From an uncultured Verrucomicrobiae bacterium (GTDB taxonomy: Bacteria; Verrucomicrobiota; Verrucomicrobiia; Chthoniobacterales; UBA10450): 64,000 bases of DNA. The stretch's first letter is position 1, and every line of letters begins with the position of its first letter. Shown piece by piece: positions 9,033 through 21,180 of this stretch. Under the pieces are notes generated by a model. That model was not told the origin of the DNA and searched no databases. It saw only the letters and a list, made by a program, of their open reading frames with translations. The translations under genes and the position numbers were made by a program. The stretch is from assembly GCA_963801815.1 (NCBI GenBank), contig CAWDGJ010000001.1, forward strand, positions 224,001-288,000. Direction: 5' to 3'.

Positions 9033-12000
9033 TTAACGCGTGGCGTCTTCGATCGTCTCAGTCTCCTCGGAGTCCGACTCGCGTCCGAGCAGACGTTCGA
9101 TTTCTTCGTCGGAAATGGCATCGAGATCGACTGCGCTGGTCGCTTCCGGTTGCACCGCTACTGCCGCGGATTCGACCTTCGCTACACCGCCACCGAGGTG
9201 ACCGGCGATTAACGAGGCGATCTGACCGATGGTTCGCGCTCGCATCAGACTCGTTGGAGGTAATGCAACGCCGACCGCCGCTTCAAGCGAGGTCTCGATT
9301 TCGACCCCCATCAACGAATCCAGTCCAAGATCTGTCAGCGGCTGATCGTCACGCAGGCTGTCGGGCTTGACTCGCAGGACGGAACCAACAGCTTCCCGCA
9401 CCGCCTGGCAGATCACGGCCTGTTTCTCAGCCGGCGCAGCCGCATCGATCCGGCTTCGCCAATCTGTTGTCGCACCGACTGATTCCTGATTTTCAAGCGC
9501 GGCGAAAATGCGCTCGAGAAACGGATTCTCCTGCATGCTTCGAAAGAATTGGCGCCATTTCCCCCAATCGACCCGGATCGAAATCGCTTGTGCACTTCCG
9601 GCACGAAGGAACGATTCAAGCAGCGCCGTCGCTTCACCGGGCGAAATCGCCATCGTTCCCTGCCGGGCAAGAAAATCGGCGACACGCTCGTTGCGCGCTA
9701 CATAGCCTTCGCCGCCGAGAACACCCCAATTCACAGTTAGCGCAGGAAGGCCCAGCGCCTGACGATGGTGCGCCAGGCTGTCGAGAAAGGCGTTCGCCGC
9801 ACTGTAATTTCCCTGAGCCGGATTGCCGAAAATACTTGAGACAGAAGAGAACATCACAAAGCAATCGAGTTTCATTTCGCGAGTTGCCTCGTGGAGGAGC
9901 CATGCGCCGTGTGCCTTGGGTCCGAGAACGGTTCGCATTCGTTCGGGCGTGAGCGCCGCGAGCGGCGCATCGTCGATTACCATCGCGAGATGAAAGAGAC
10001 CGCGCAGCGGCTGTGCACCAGACTTGATCTCTGCAAAAAGCCGCCGCACGTCATCGGGCGCGCCGACATCCGCCGACACGACGCGCACTTCCACACCGCG
10101 CTCCTGCAGGTCCTCAACAAATTTGCTAGCCTCCGGACTGGAAGCGCCGCTCCGGCTCGTGAGCACAAGATGACGCGCACCGCAGTCAACCAGCCATCGA
10201 GCCAGCACTTTGCCGTAGCCGCCGAAAGCGCCGGTAATGAGATAGCATCCGTCCGGCTTGACCTCGAATCTCGGAGCGGGCAATTCACCGCGTCGCGGGA
10301 CAAAGGGCGTCGGGAATGCGACGACCACTTTGCCGATATGTTTTCCGCCCGCCATGAGACGAAATGCGGAATCGATGCGGCAGGCAGGAAAGGCCCGGTA
10401 AGGGAAGCGGCCGCAACGCGCCTTTTTCGACCAACCGCGAAATCTCCTCCAGCATCTGGCGGGTCAATTCTTCGTTACCATGGAAAACCGCATCCATGGC
10501 CACGACGTGGAACGACGCATTGTTGCGGAGCGGCCGAAGCGGGATGCGCGCGTTTTGGTAAATGTCGCGTTTGCCGATCTCGATGAAGCGGCCAAATTCG
10601 GCGAGACAGGAGAGACCCATCGGGATCGCGTCGCCGGCGAGCGCGTTCAGAACGACGTCCACTCCTTTGCCCTCGGTTATCTTCATCACCGACTCGGCAA
10701 AATCGCCGCGTCGCGAGTCGATCACGTGTTTCACTCCGAGCGTTTTGAGCAGAGCACGTTTACTCGGGCTGCCGGCGGTGGCGATCACTTCCGCTCCAAG
10801 ATGCAGCGCGATCTGGATCGCGGCCATTCCGACGCCACCCGCGCCCGCGTGAACAAGGACGCGCTCGCCCTCGCGCAATCGCGCCACGTTTCGCAGCGCA
10901 TACCACGCGGTCATGAAAACGACCGGTAACGTTGCCGCCGCCTCAAATGTCAGATCTGCCGGAATCCGTCGCACGTCTCCCGCGCGCGCTATCGCATGTG
11001 TGGCAATTCCGAAGACGGCGAGACCGAACACACGATCTCCTGGCGCCAGGTGCGTGACGTCCGAGCCAACTGCTTTAACGATGCCGCTGACTTCGTCGCC
11101 AAAAATGCGCGCATCCGGAGCATCGCCTGGATAAAGTGCCAGCGACTTGAGCACGTCGCGGAAATTCATTCCGGCCGCTTTCACTTCAATCAACACCTGA
11201 CCCGGGCCGCACGGCGGCAGTTCGAATGGAGCAAAACGGAGCGTGTCGAGACGACCGCGTTCGCGGGATTCCAAACGCAACGGCAGGGTCGGATCGAGCC
11301 ATTGCTCGCGGGGCGGTCGACCGCGATCGAGTCGCCGGACATAACGAGCTTCACCTCGCAAGGCGATCTCGCGTTCCCAGTCTTTGCGAGATAGCTCGCT
11401 CCAAATCGATGTCGTATCCGCCGAGGATGGTTCCGCGGGAAGATCGATGGCACGCCAGGCAAGGTTGGAATATTCGTTCAAAATGACGCGCATCAATCCG
11501 ATGCTCGGCGCTTGCGCCACCGCCGTCGGTCGCAGATCGCTGCCGGCGGGCTGAGCGTTTCGCGTTACCAAATCCAGGCGCAACTTCGCCGCGGGCGCAG
11601 CGGATTCGAGCGCCTGTGTCAGATGGAGCAGTGCGTCCAGATTGGTCGCCATGTCGGCTCCATTGACACGTGTATCGAGATTCCAAAGGTAAACGATGCG
11701 CTCGGGCGAGCAGCCCTGACAATTCTTGACCAGCTGTTGCCAGTCTTCCAGCGCTCCCGGTCGCAAGGTAAAAGCGTCGTTGCCATCGAACTCGAAATCT
11801 TTTCCCTGCCTGGCAACGCGACACCTAGCGCCTACTTCGCGCAGCCGCGAAACCAACACTTCACCAATTCCCGAGGCATCCGCGAAAACAAGCCATGATT
11901 TCTCCTCCGGCGCTTGCAACTGGATCTGACCCGACACCGGAGCTTCCTCGTAAGACTTGCGTGCCAGCAGGCCGATCTGACCTTCGCCTCCAGTTGGGCC

Positions 12001-15000
12001 GATCAGACCGGGCAATGAAGCCGTTTCAACGAAACCAGTTTCCTGCAGCACCGTTTCCCATTGTGCTCTCTTGAGTAACGGTTGTTCTGGGCGCAGATCG
12101 CGATCAGTGAACCGCCACCAGCCACTTGTTAGGCCGAAAACCGTTTCCGTCCAGAGTTGTGGCGTCGCCGTGTCCATGAAGATGAGGCTGCCTCCCGGTG
12201 CAAGCAGGCCATGTAAGTTGCGCAAAGCAGCGCGCACATCTTTGACCGCGTGCAGCACATTGGTGCCGATAATGAAGTCGAACGTTCCCGGTTCGAATTC
12301 CTGCTCGACCCCAGGTTTTTCGAGATCGAAAATCTTGAATTCCACCTCTGAAAACGCCGCCAGCTTTTGCGCGGCGCCGGAAAAGAATGCGGCCGAGACA
12401 TCGCTGAATGTGTAGGAATGCAAGCCGCGCTCCAAGAGTGGTAGAACCTGCGACGCCAATCCCCCGGTCCCCGCTCCGATCTCCAGGATGCGCAGGCCGC
12501 GTCCTTCGGGCAGACTTCGCGCTGCGGTGCTCACCGCCGCGGCGATTGCAGCGAGCCAATGGCTGGTGAAGAGCCCATCGCCATAGAAGTGATCCAGTAA
12601 CTCCGCACCGATCCCCGAGAACAAGACCTGCACCGCGTCCTTTTCACCGCGCAAAATCGATCCCAACTCAGCACAGTTCCCTTCGCAAAGCAGAGCCTCG
12701 GGAAGATGTCCGGGATGCTTCTCGATATAGTTGCGCAGAACTTTCCCCGCGGAGTCTGCCGCTTGCGCAAAATCCGGCGCCGCCTCGAATCCCATTTCTT
12801 TTCTCCGGAGCAAGCCGTGCCTAACGAGACCGGCCATCAACCGCTCAAAGACAGGTTGCATCGCTGTTGCTACCTGAAGTGTCGCTTCATCAAACGGAAT
12901 ATTTGCAGCCACGCCCATTTCCTGCAGCCCGCGCGCCAGTTGCGCGGCGGCGAGATCGTCGAGCGCACAAAGCGCCGCCTCCAGTTTAGGAAAGCCGCGA
13001 ACAGCAACGACACGGTCCAATGCCTCCTGTGCCGCGGTCTTCAATTCACTCAGCGGAAGGGGCGGTCGGGCGGATTTGGGTGATTCTTCGGGCGCTCGTT
13101 GCCAGGCGACATGATATGTCAGATCGCGTGCGCTGCCCGGAGAGGTAGAGCGGCCCGCACCGGAGAGGCTGATGGCCCGGAAACCATCCACCAACAGGCA
13201 AGGTTGGCCTTCCTTATTATATAGAGAGATGTCGCCCTCGAGGAAGTCATCGCCAAATTTGCTCACTCTTGCGCAAACGCGAGTAGACACGCCGGGCGAG
13301 CGGAGAAACAGAATTCGGCGGAAGCCGACCGGCAGCTTCATCCGAGCCTCACGTTTCTCAACCGTCGCCGCACCGGCGGAAAACACTTGAAGCGCTCCGT
13401 CGAAGAGAACCGGGTGAACGGCATATTCTTCCGCGCGGAGAGCCACTGCTTCGGACAACGCCACATATCCAGCGGATTGCCCGGCGCCGGCTAAAAGTTC
13501 GCGAATCGGTCGAAACTCCTCGCCGTAGCGCAAACCAAGATCGCTCAAGTGACGGTAGAACCCGTCGACCGCGACAGATTGAACACCACGAGGTTGCGCC
13601 CATTTCGAGGAGGCATAGGCAGATTCCGTGCGCTCGCCGCGCAGCGAACCGACCACGTGGAGCGACCAGTTCACGCTCCCTTCGAAACGACTTTGAATCG
13701 CGAAAGTGCGCTCGTTAGGCAAGTAAGAGAACTCGATTTGCGCGCCAGACGGCGGGTCGGGCAGGATAAGCGGCTTGCGAATTTCAAAGTCCTCAACGAC
13801 AAACGGTCGTCCCTCGAACAACTGCACGCCGGCTTCAAGCGCCATCTCGACAAAGGCCGCCGCTGGAAAGATCACATGGTTTTCCACCTTGTGATCTTTC
13901 AAAAAAGCCATGTGCCGGGAGTCCAGCCTAACGATCCAGGTGGGCATCGCGCGCGGCAATCGAACATCAAACAGGCCGCGTCCACCCGGTGCGAGCCGAC
14001 CATCGCGGGCATCGCTCGCCTCATTCCACCATCGCGCCTTTTCCCACGCGTAAGCCGGCAGCGAAAGAAGATGCCGCGACGGCGTCATCGCGGAAAAATT
14101 GAGCGGAACACCAGCACGGTGCAGATCCATTGCCGCCTCGAGCATTGATTCAAATTCACGCTCACGACGGACGGAGGAGATCACGATGGCTTTGGCTCCG
14201 CGCGCCACGAGACATTCCTGGGTCGAATGCGCGAGCGCGGGGTGAGCATTGAGTTCGAGCCAAACATCCACACCGAAATCCGCCAACGCGCCTACCGCGG
14301 AGGCAAAACGCACGGGCTCGCAAATGCCGCGTCCCCAATAGGTGGCATCGCACGATTCGCCCGCACAGCGATCGCCTGTCACCGTGCTGAAAAATGGAAC
14401 TTCGCCGGGTTGCGGTTTGAGATCGGCGAGCGCAGCTTCCAGCGCCTCCGACGCCGGTCGCATGAGCGGATGATGGAACGGATGATCGACCCTAACGAGT
14501 CGCGCAAACGCGCTTTGCGCCTCGAGTTCGGCAGCCATGGCCTCAAGCGAAACACGCGGCCCCGAGAGTGTGATCGAACGTGGGCCATTCAAGGCGGAGA
14601 TTGTTACGGTGCGGTCGTGCCGAGCGATGAGCGCCACGGCTTCATTCTCCGGCAAACCGACTGCCAGCATTGTTCCATCACCTCGTGCGCATCCCTCCAT
14701 GAGACGCGCTCGCAGAGCGACAATCCGGGCCGCTTCTTCGATGGAAAAGATTCCGGCGACGCACGCAGCAGCAATCTCACCCACACTGTGGCCGACGATG
14801 GCCGACGGTTGAACACCCCAGGATTTCCAGAGGGCCGCAAGCGCCACCTGCATGGCAAAAATGGACGGCTGCCCAATCTCCGTCCGTGACATCTGCGACA
14901 TTTCTTCGGAGCGATCGAGTTCTTCGAGAAGGGAGAAACTGGCCCAGGGAGAGAGCGCGGCATCGCAGCGCTCGACCGTTTCGCGAAATACCGGCTCATT

Positions 15001-16686
15001 TTGCATCAAGTCGCGTCCCATTCCCCACCATTGAGGACCTTGCCCGCTCATGATGAAGCCGATGCGCGGTGCCTGGTCTCTGCGGGCTGTGAAGGCCGCT
15101 CGGATTTTCGGGCTTTCTTCTTTCTTCGAAAACGCGTCGAGTTCCTCCACCAGTTCGGCCCAACTGGACGTGACGAGAGTCAGGCGATGCGGATGATGGT
15201 TCCGTCGGGCCCCTAACGTATAAGTGAGATCCGGTAGAACGGGCGAACTGCCGTTGGCATTGGCATGCTCCTTCACCCATCTGCTTAGATTCGCAGCGGA
15301 AATCTGGAGGGATTTTTCCGAACGCGCAGAAAGCATCACCGGCCACGGTCTGGAATCTGGGACGGACAGAGACTTATCTGGCTGATGCGGCGGAGGTTCA
15401 GCCAGAATGACGTGGGCGTTCGCCCCTCCGAAGCCGAATGAGTTGACGCCTGCGATGCGTTCCGCCGTCCCATTCGGGAAAGGCTCGAGCTGAGTCGGCA
15501 CGCGCAACTTGAGTTTCTCAAAATCAATGTGCGGATTCGGCGTCGAAAAATGGAGGCTCGGTGGAATCTGTCCGTGCTTAAGCACCAGCATCGTTTTGAG
15601 AAGCCCTGCCACACCCGCAGCGGTCTCCAAATGGCCAAGGTTTGTTTTTATGGAGCCGATGGGCAGCGGCGCATCGGCGGATCGATTGACGCACAAAGCT
15701 TCGGCGAGAGCATGCGCTTCGATCGGATCTCCAACCGCTGTCCCAGTGCCGTGGGCTTCAACGAATCCGATGTCCTCGGGCGCGATCCCGGCATCCCTGC
15801 AAGCATCTTGCACCAGTCGTGTTTGCGCCTCCGGGCTAGGAAGCATGATGCCGTTGGTGTGTCCATCTTGATTGATCGAAGTCCCCAAAATTACGCCCTG
15901 AACTGGATCGCCATCCTCGAGCGCCCGCGAAAGTCGCTTGAGCAGCACCATGCCCGCGCCTTCACCACGGACAAATCCGCTGGCGGATGCGTCGAACGCT
16001 GCACACCGGCCTTCGGGCGAAAGCATCGCGGCCTGTGAAAACCCGATAAATCCTCCCGGCGAAATCATAACGGTGACGCCTCCAGCCAGCGCGGCGTCTC
16101 CGCGTCCGGCCCAAATGTGTTCGCAGGCTGCGTGGACAGCGGTTAACGCAGATGAGCAGGCCGTGTCCATCGCGACACTGGGGCCGCGCAGATTCAAGCA
16201 ATATGAAATCCGATTTGCGCCAATGCTGTGCGCGCTCCCGGTCGGCGAATGCGGACCGATGCCGAAATGATCGAAACTCGTGCTTTGAATTCCCTGGTAA
16301 TCGTTATGTGAAATACCGACGAAAACTCCGAGATCGGTTCCGTGCTCGAAGTCGAGGACGAGTCCGGCATCTTCGATCGCTTCCCACGCGGTCTCGAGCA
16401 GGAGGCGATGCTGGGGATCCACGTAGGGAGCTTCCCGCGGCGAAATACCAAAGAATTGCGGATCAAATTGATCGATGGCATCAATAAACCCGCCGCGCAA
16501 GGCGATCGATTTACCCGCCACACCTGGCTCAGCGTCGTAATATCGCTTCACGTTCCAGCGATCCGGCGGCACTTCGACGACTCCCTCGCGAGCCTCGATA
16601 AGAAGCTTCCAAAGGGAGTCCTTGGAACTCACGTCGCCGGGAAAACGGCACCCGACTCCAATAATGGCAATACGTTCTTTTTGCAT
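9033..16686 (-). CDS. Highly reducing type I polyketide synthase KS-AT-DH-cMT-ER-KR-ACP (frameshift ~10400)
   Basis: KS DTACSS, HGTGT, KTNLGH. AT GHSVG and HPFH. DH HKVENHVIFP. MT LEIGAGTG. ER HAGAGGVG. KR GAFGGYG, IDD, YSAAN. ACP GLDSL. Removing one base near 10400 restores LPYRAFPACRIDSAFRLMAGGKHIGKVV and joins the two ORFs. Confidence 0.95.
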
Positions 16687-16994
16687 GGTCGTGAGTTGCC
16701 CCCCAGGGGCGGACTGATTAGCGCTGCCTGTGAGCAAGTCAAGTCAGCTACCCGTCCGCGCGCAGAGTCATGACGTCAATGGAAGGTATGATATTCACGC
16801 GGGTAACATCAAATCGATTTTAGCATGCTCGGCCAGCGTTGCACCGGCGCTCATTTCACATCTTTTATCTTTTGTCACCCTCTGCGATGCTAACTGCATG
16901 ATGCTTCTCGAGAAATTTTTTCCGTCCCAAACCGTCTCGCTCGGAAAGCCCCGCGATTAAACAGGCAGAACTGTTAACCGAATCGAACGAAATC

Positions 16995-18995
16995 ATGTGC
17001 GGAATCGCGGGAATAATCGACCTGGCCGGCCAGCGACCGGCGCCGGAAGGTGCGGTGCGGCGAATGGCGCGCGCCCTCACTCACCGCGGTCCGGACGAGG
17101 AGGGTTTTCTCGAACAACCAGGCATCTCACTCGCTTCCAGGCGGCTGAGTATTGTCGATCTGGCCGATGGCCAGCAGCCGATGACAAACGAAGACCTCAG
17201 CGTTTTCGTAGTCTTCAATGGCGAATTATTCGACTATGTCGAGCGGCGCGAGGAACTCGTTAGGCAAGGCCACCGCTTCCGCACCCATTGCGATACCGAA
17301 ATCATCCCCCACCTTTGGGAGGATTTTCACGAAGGAATGTGGGAGCAGCTGCGCGGCCAGTTTGCCATCGCCTTGTGGGACGAACGGCTGCGACAGCTCC
17401 ATCTCGGACGCGATCGGTTCGGCATCGCGCCGCTCTTTTGGAGCCGGCAGCGTGACTGGTTGCTGTTCGCCTCCGAAATAAAAGGCCTCATTGCTTCAGG
17501 AATGGTTTCACCGCGGCCCGACCGCAAGGGGCTCGATCACGTGTTTACCTTCTCCGCGATGCCGGGGCCGAGAACTTGTTTTGAAGGAGTTCAACTTTTG
17601 CCGCCCGGACATTGTTTGCGTATCACGCCTGGAAGTTCGGGCGCTGCGGCCGCGATTGCCGAACGCGCCTACTGGCAGATGGATTTCCCTGCGCAGGGTG
17701 AAGAAGAATGGGGAAACGATCCGAATGCGCTGGTGGATGAATTCGAGGGATTGCTCCTGCACGCCGTTGAAAAACGGCTGCGCGCGGATGTGCCCGTGGG
17801 CTCCTATCTGTCCGGTGGTGTGGATTCGAGCACGATCTTGGCCCTGGCCTGCCGTCTCAAAGGGCCGATGATCAATACGTACACCGTTCGAGTGGATGAA
17901 CCGGAGCTCGATGAACTGAGCGCGGCCAGCCTTTCGGCCCGGCATATCGGAGCGAAGCCGCCCATCGTACAAGAGTACGGCGATCGCGAAGCGCTTGAGA
18001 GTTATCCCCGCCTGATTGAAGCCGCCGAAGCTCCGGTGATCGACACCTCCTGCGGTGCCTTGCTCAAGTTGGCCGAACGTGTTCATGCCAATGGCCAGAA
18101 AGTCGTCCTGACCGGCGAAGGTGCCGACGAGTGGCTCGTCGGTTACCCCTGGTACAAGGCGGCCAAGCTCTTCGGATTTCTCGACGTCGTACCGGGATTG
18201 AATCTGAGCTTTTGGGCAAAGAGCGGTTACCTGCGTCTGAATAAGGTGCCGCATTTTTCTCGGGAATGGCGTGAGCGCGTAGAAGCTTCCGTCGGTGGTC
18301 CAAACGCCTGGATCGATTCCTACGGGTTACTAGCGATTTCGAAGTTGCGCTTCTACTCCGGGCAGATGCGCGAAGTGATGAATGACAGCCATCCGTGGGG
18401 CGAATTAGGATTTCCGCTCGAAAAAGCGAAGCGCTGGGCGCCGCTCAACCGCGGTATTTGGATCGCTGCGCGCGTGCTTTTGGCCGGCCATCTCTTGCAA
18501 GCCAAAGGGGACCGCGTGGCCATGCATTCCTCGGTCGAAGTTCGTTATCCGTTCCTGGATGAGGAGGTCTTTGCCTTCACCGCCAAACTGCACTCACGCT
18601 GGAAACTGCGCGGATTCCACGATAAGTACCTGCTCCGTTTGCTAGCGGAGCGCTGGATTCCGAAATCGATCGCTCGACGCGGCAAAGTTATCTTTCGCGC
18701 GCCACTCGACAGTTTTCACAAGAATCCGGAACCGCCGTACGTCGCGCAGCTTGTTAGCGAAGATTCGCTGCGTCGCACTGGTTACTTTGATTTCCGGGAG
18801 GTCGCGCGCTGGCGGAAAGGGTTTCGGGAACTGCGGTCCGGATCGCTCCCTCGACTCTCCGTGGAATTGGGTCTCGCCGCGGTCGTCGCCACTCAACTCT
18901 GGCATCATCAATTCATGGGCGGCGGCCTGGCCGACATGCCGGTCTGGTCCGGCTACAACAACGTAGTTGCAAACGATGTAGCGCTTTCCCGTTAA
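16995..18995 (+). CDS. asnB: Asparagine synthase (glutamine-hydrolysing)-like amidotransferase
   Basis: N-terminal MCGI (Ntn Cys), HRGPD, FNGE, RDRFG, SGGVDSS, TGEGADE, EVRYPFLD. Confidence 0.92.
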   Translation: MCGIAGIIDLAGQRPAPEGAVRRMARALTHRGPDEEGFLEQPGISLASRRLSIVDLADGQQPMTNEDLSVFVVFNGELFDYVERREELVRQGHRFRTHCDTEIIPHLWEDFHEGMWEQLRGQFAIALWDERLRQLHLGRDRFGIAPLFWSRQRDWLLFASEIKGLIASGMVSPRPDRKGLDHVFTFSAMPGPRTCFEGVQLLPPGHCLRITPGSSGAAAAIAERAYWQMDFPAQGEEEWGNDPNALVDEFEGLLLHAVEKRLRADVPVGSYLSGGVDSSTILALACRLKGPMINTYTVRVDEPELDELSAASLSARHIGAKPPIVQEYGDREALESYPRLIEAAEAPVIDTSCGALLKLAERVHANGQKVVLTGEGADEWLVGYPWYKAAKLFGFLDVVPGLNLSFWAKSGYLRLNKVPHFSREWRERVEASVGGPNAWIDSYGLLAISKLRFYSGQMREVMNDSHPWGELGFPLEKAKRWAPLNRGIWIAARVLLAGHLLQAKGDRVAMHSSVEVRYPFLDEEVFAFTAKLHSRWKLRGFHDKYLLRLLAERWIPKSIARRGKVIFRAPLDSFHKNPEPPYVAQLVSEDSLRRTGYFDFREVARWRKGFRELRSGSLPRLSVELGLAAVVATQLWHHQFMGGGLADMPVWSGYNNVVANDVALSR

Positions 18996-19023
18996 CCAGA
19001 TCGATCCATCGATTCTCGTATGA

Positions 19024-19839
19024 TCACAGCTTTTCCAGCAGCTGCCGTCCGACTTCTCTCATCTCCGGGTCATCTTTTTCTTTGTCAGGCATCGCCAGCC
19101 CTTTTTCAATGTACTTGCGCGCGTCCTCTTTACGTCCCATCTGGACGTAGATGTGGCCCAGTTCGATGTAGTGGATGAGTCGGTTGGGATTAATTTCTAT
19201 CGCCTTTAACAGACATTTCTCCGCCTCTTCGTTAGTCGTTACCGGCAATCCACCATAAAGCGCTTTGGCCAGAGCCCGCTTTACCGAGTTGACATCGGCC
19301 AGCGTACGGTTCCATCGCCCAAGAATATGCCACGCGTTGTCGTTGTTCGGATCAAGCTCGAGAGCGCGATCCACCGCCGCTTTGATCCGAGGCGCGGCAT
19401 GCACCTGATCTTTGCTGCCCATGAACGGCAGCATTTTTCCATAGCTAATGGCTGGCGAGAGTTGTGCCTCAGCATTCTTCGGAGCGAGGCTTGCGGCCCG
19501 ATTGGCGAACTCGAGCGAAATGTATCCAAGCCGCAGCTTTTCTTTGTTCGGGGACGCGTCGGCCATCAAATGCCGATACTGCCGCGCGATCCGGACAAGA
19601 ACATCCACGTTGTCCGGTTGGAGCTTGTTCGCGGGCATATAGTATTCTAGTGCTTCTTTGGCTTGAAGGTTTTTGTCGAATTCGTCGCCTTTCGCGATCA
19701 ATTCATTAGCGTTTTCTCCGCCGCCCATGTGGTGAAAGTTGACGACATTGCGCTTGGGCTCTTGTGCCCGCGCCGCTAGGCCCGAGAGGCAAAGCAGCGC
19801 ACATAACCCGTAAACGCGGAGGCGATTATTCGGATTCAT
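19024..19839 (-). CDS. Exported TPR-repeat protein
   Basis: Signal-peptide-like LCALLCLSGLAARA. TPR-like motifs ALELDPNN, AIEINPN, ELGHIYVQMGRKEDARKYIEKGL. Confidence 0.8.
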   Translation of the reverse strand: MNPNNRLRVYGLCALLCLSGLAARAQEPKRNVVNFHHMGGGENANELIAKGDEFDKNLQAKEALEYYMPANKLQPDNVDVLVRIARQYRHLMADASPNKEKLRLGYISLEFANRAASLAPKNAEAQLSPAISYGKMLPFMGSKDQVHAAPRIKAAVDRALELDPNNDNAWHILGRWNRTLADVNSVKRALAKALYGGLPVTTNEEAEKCLLKAIEINPNRLIHYIELGHIYVQMGRKEDARKYIEKGLAMPDKEKDDPEMREVGRQLLEKL

Positions 19840-20428
19840 ATCGACAAATAACGTGGCTGGGCCCAGCGACCCACTCTTGGCGATTCGGCGGTAGCGGCAA
19901 AAGTGGTGCAGCTTGGCCACGGACCTTCTGATCGACAACACTTGTATTTTGGCGCACTGTCAAAAGGTTTCAAATGCTGTGTTTAGGAGCTCGATCTACG
20001 GGAAATCACTTATTTCCATTTTCCGTTTCGGCTGAAGTCTCAAACGATCCGGCAGCTGCCGGAGCACCGGACTCCGTAGGCTCCGGGCCTTTCTGTATTA
20101 CAGAAATGTTTATCGCACGAAAGTGGTGATTCGTTAGGCAACTAGTTTCGCGGAACCCACTCTAACGAAACATTGCGCGATTTTCACTCAGCCGTGTTGA
20201 CCAAACCAATGGCCTGAAAGAAGTGTTCGTCGGTCGCGTCTGCGAGTTCCTTGCTGTGGATCATCCAGTGGCCGTGGTAAGAAAAACCGTCGTATAGAGG
20301 TCTTAGTCCGCTGCGTCCACTGCCTCTCTCTATATATAGAGTGCTCGCGGCGATTGGGGTATTATTCGGAGAGATCTGCTTGAGAAATGGGGTCGAATTT
20401 CGGTCAATCGATGATATTCAAAAGCGAA

Positions 20429-20462
20429 GCCGATGTGGCGAAATAGTATACGCAACGGATTT
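20429..20462 (+). repeat. Degenerate third copy of tRNA-Leu 5' half
   Basis: GCCGATGTGGCGAAATAGTATACGCAACGGATTT, 30/34 identical to 21837-21870. Confidence 0.85.
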
Positions 20463-20537
20463 CGGCCGCGAAAAGGCCAAAAAATGGTCATGGCGGCAAT
20501 CTCTCCAAATTTGAGACAAAACTGTACTTGCTGTCTA

Positions 20538-20584
20538 ATATCCAGGATATCCAACGAAATTGTCGGCCTATCCATTAGTTAGGC
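20538..20584 (+). mobile_element. attI-like integron recombination site
   Basis: GCCTATC-CATTA-GTTAGGC (imperfect L box, 5-nt spacer, GTTRRRY R box) preceded by ATATCCA direct repeats. The cassette ORF starts 10 nt later. Confidence 0.5.
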
Positions 20585-20594
20585 CACAAACGCC

Positions 20595-21164
20595 ATGTTT
20601 TTCCCGCCGTTCTACCTTATTTTGGACGCCGGGTTGCTAGTTTCCGAGCTTGCTCTCGTCTGGCGACGACGTGCGTCCCGCAATCCGAGCACGCGACTAG
20701 ATCGGGGCTCTCACCTGTGGCTCTGGGCGGTAATTGTCGGATCAATCATCGCCGGTCATCTTGCCGCGCTTAGCAACGTGGGTCCGAGGTTGCTCCCCGG
20801 CGTTCCCTGGCAGTGGTCTGGAGCGGGTCTCTTTGCTGCCGGCACGGTATTGCGCTGGTGGTCCATCGTGCACCTGGGCCGTTTCTTCTCGGTAGACGTG
20901 GCGATAGCGTGCGACCACCGAGTCGTAGAGACCGGTCCTTACCGCGTTGTGCGCCATCCTTCCTACACCGGTTTGCTTCTGCAGTGTGCCGGCCTCGGGG
21001 TAGTGCTCGGCACAGCACTCAGTTTGTTCGTTATTGTAGTTCCAGCGTTCCTTGTCCTATTCCACCGCATCCGAGTGGAAGAAAGAGCCCTCCTTGCCAA
21101 CTTTGGAAAGGATTATGAAGTCTACACCCGACGCACTAAACGACTATTGCCGGGAGTATTTTGA
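20595..21164 (+). CDS. Isoprenylcysteine carboxylmethyltransferase (ICMT/Ste14) family membrane protein; integron cassette ORF
   Basis: LGRFFS, H.VVETGPYRVVRHPSYTG, RIRVEERAL, Y..YTRRTKRLLP. Confidence 0.9.
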   Translation: MFFPPFYLILDAGLLVSELALVWRRRASRNPSTRLDRGSHLWLWAVIVGSIIAGHLAALSNVGPRLLPGVPWQWSGAGLFAAGTVLRWWSIVHLGRFFSVDVAIACDHRVVETGPYRVVRHPSYTGLLLQCAGLGVVLGTALSLFVIVVPAFLVLFHRIRVEERALLANFGKDYEVYTRRTKRLLPGVF

Positions 21165-21180
21165 AAGGCACACCCCCACG

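Noticed and set aside
10355..10410. PKS split into two ORFs as a programmed frameshift or a real two-gene system
   Set aside because: The break falls inside the ER domain and one extra base repairs it. Similar single-base shifts hit the amidase, PHP-GT4, Nif3, EVE and DUF2339 genes, so sequencing error is more likely.
20133..20166. GTTAGGC and CTCTAAC as an attC site
   Set aside because: The boxes are in the wrong order and there is no pairing stem between them.
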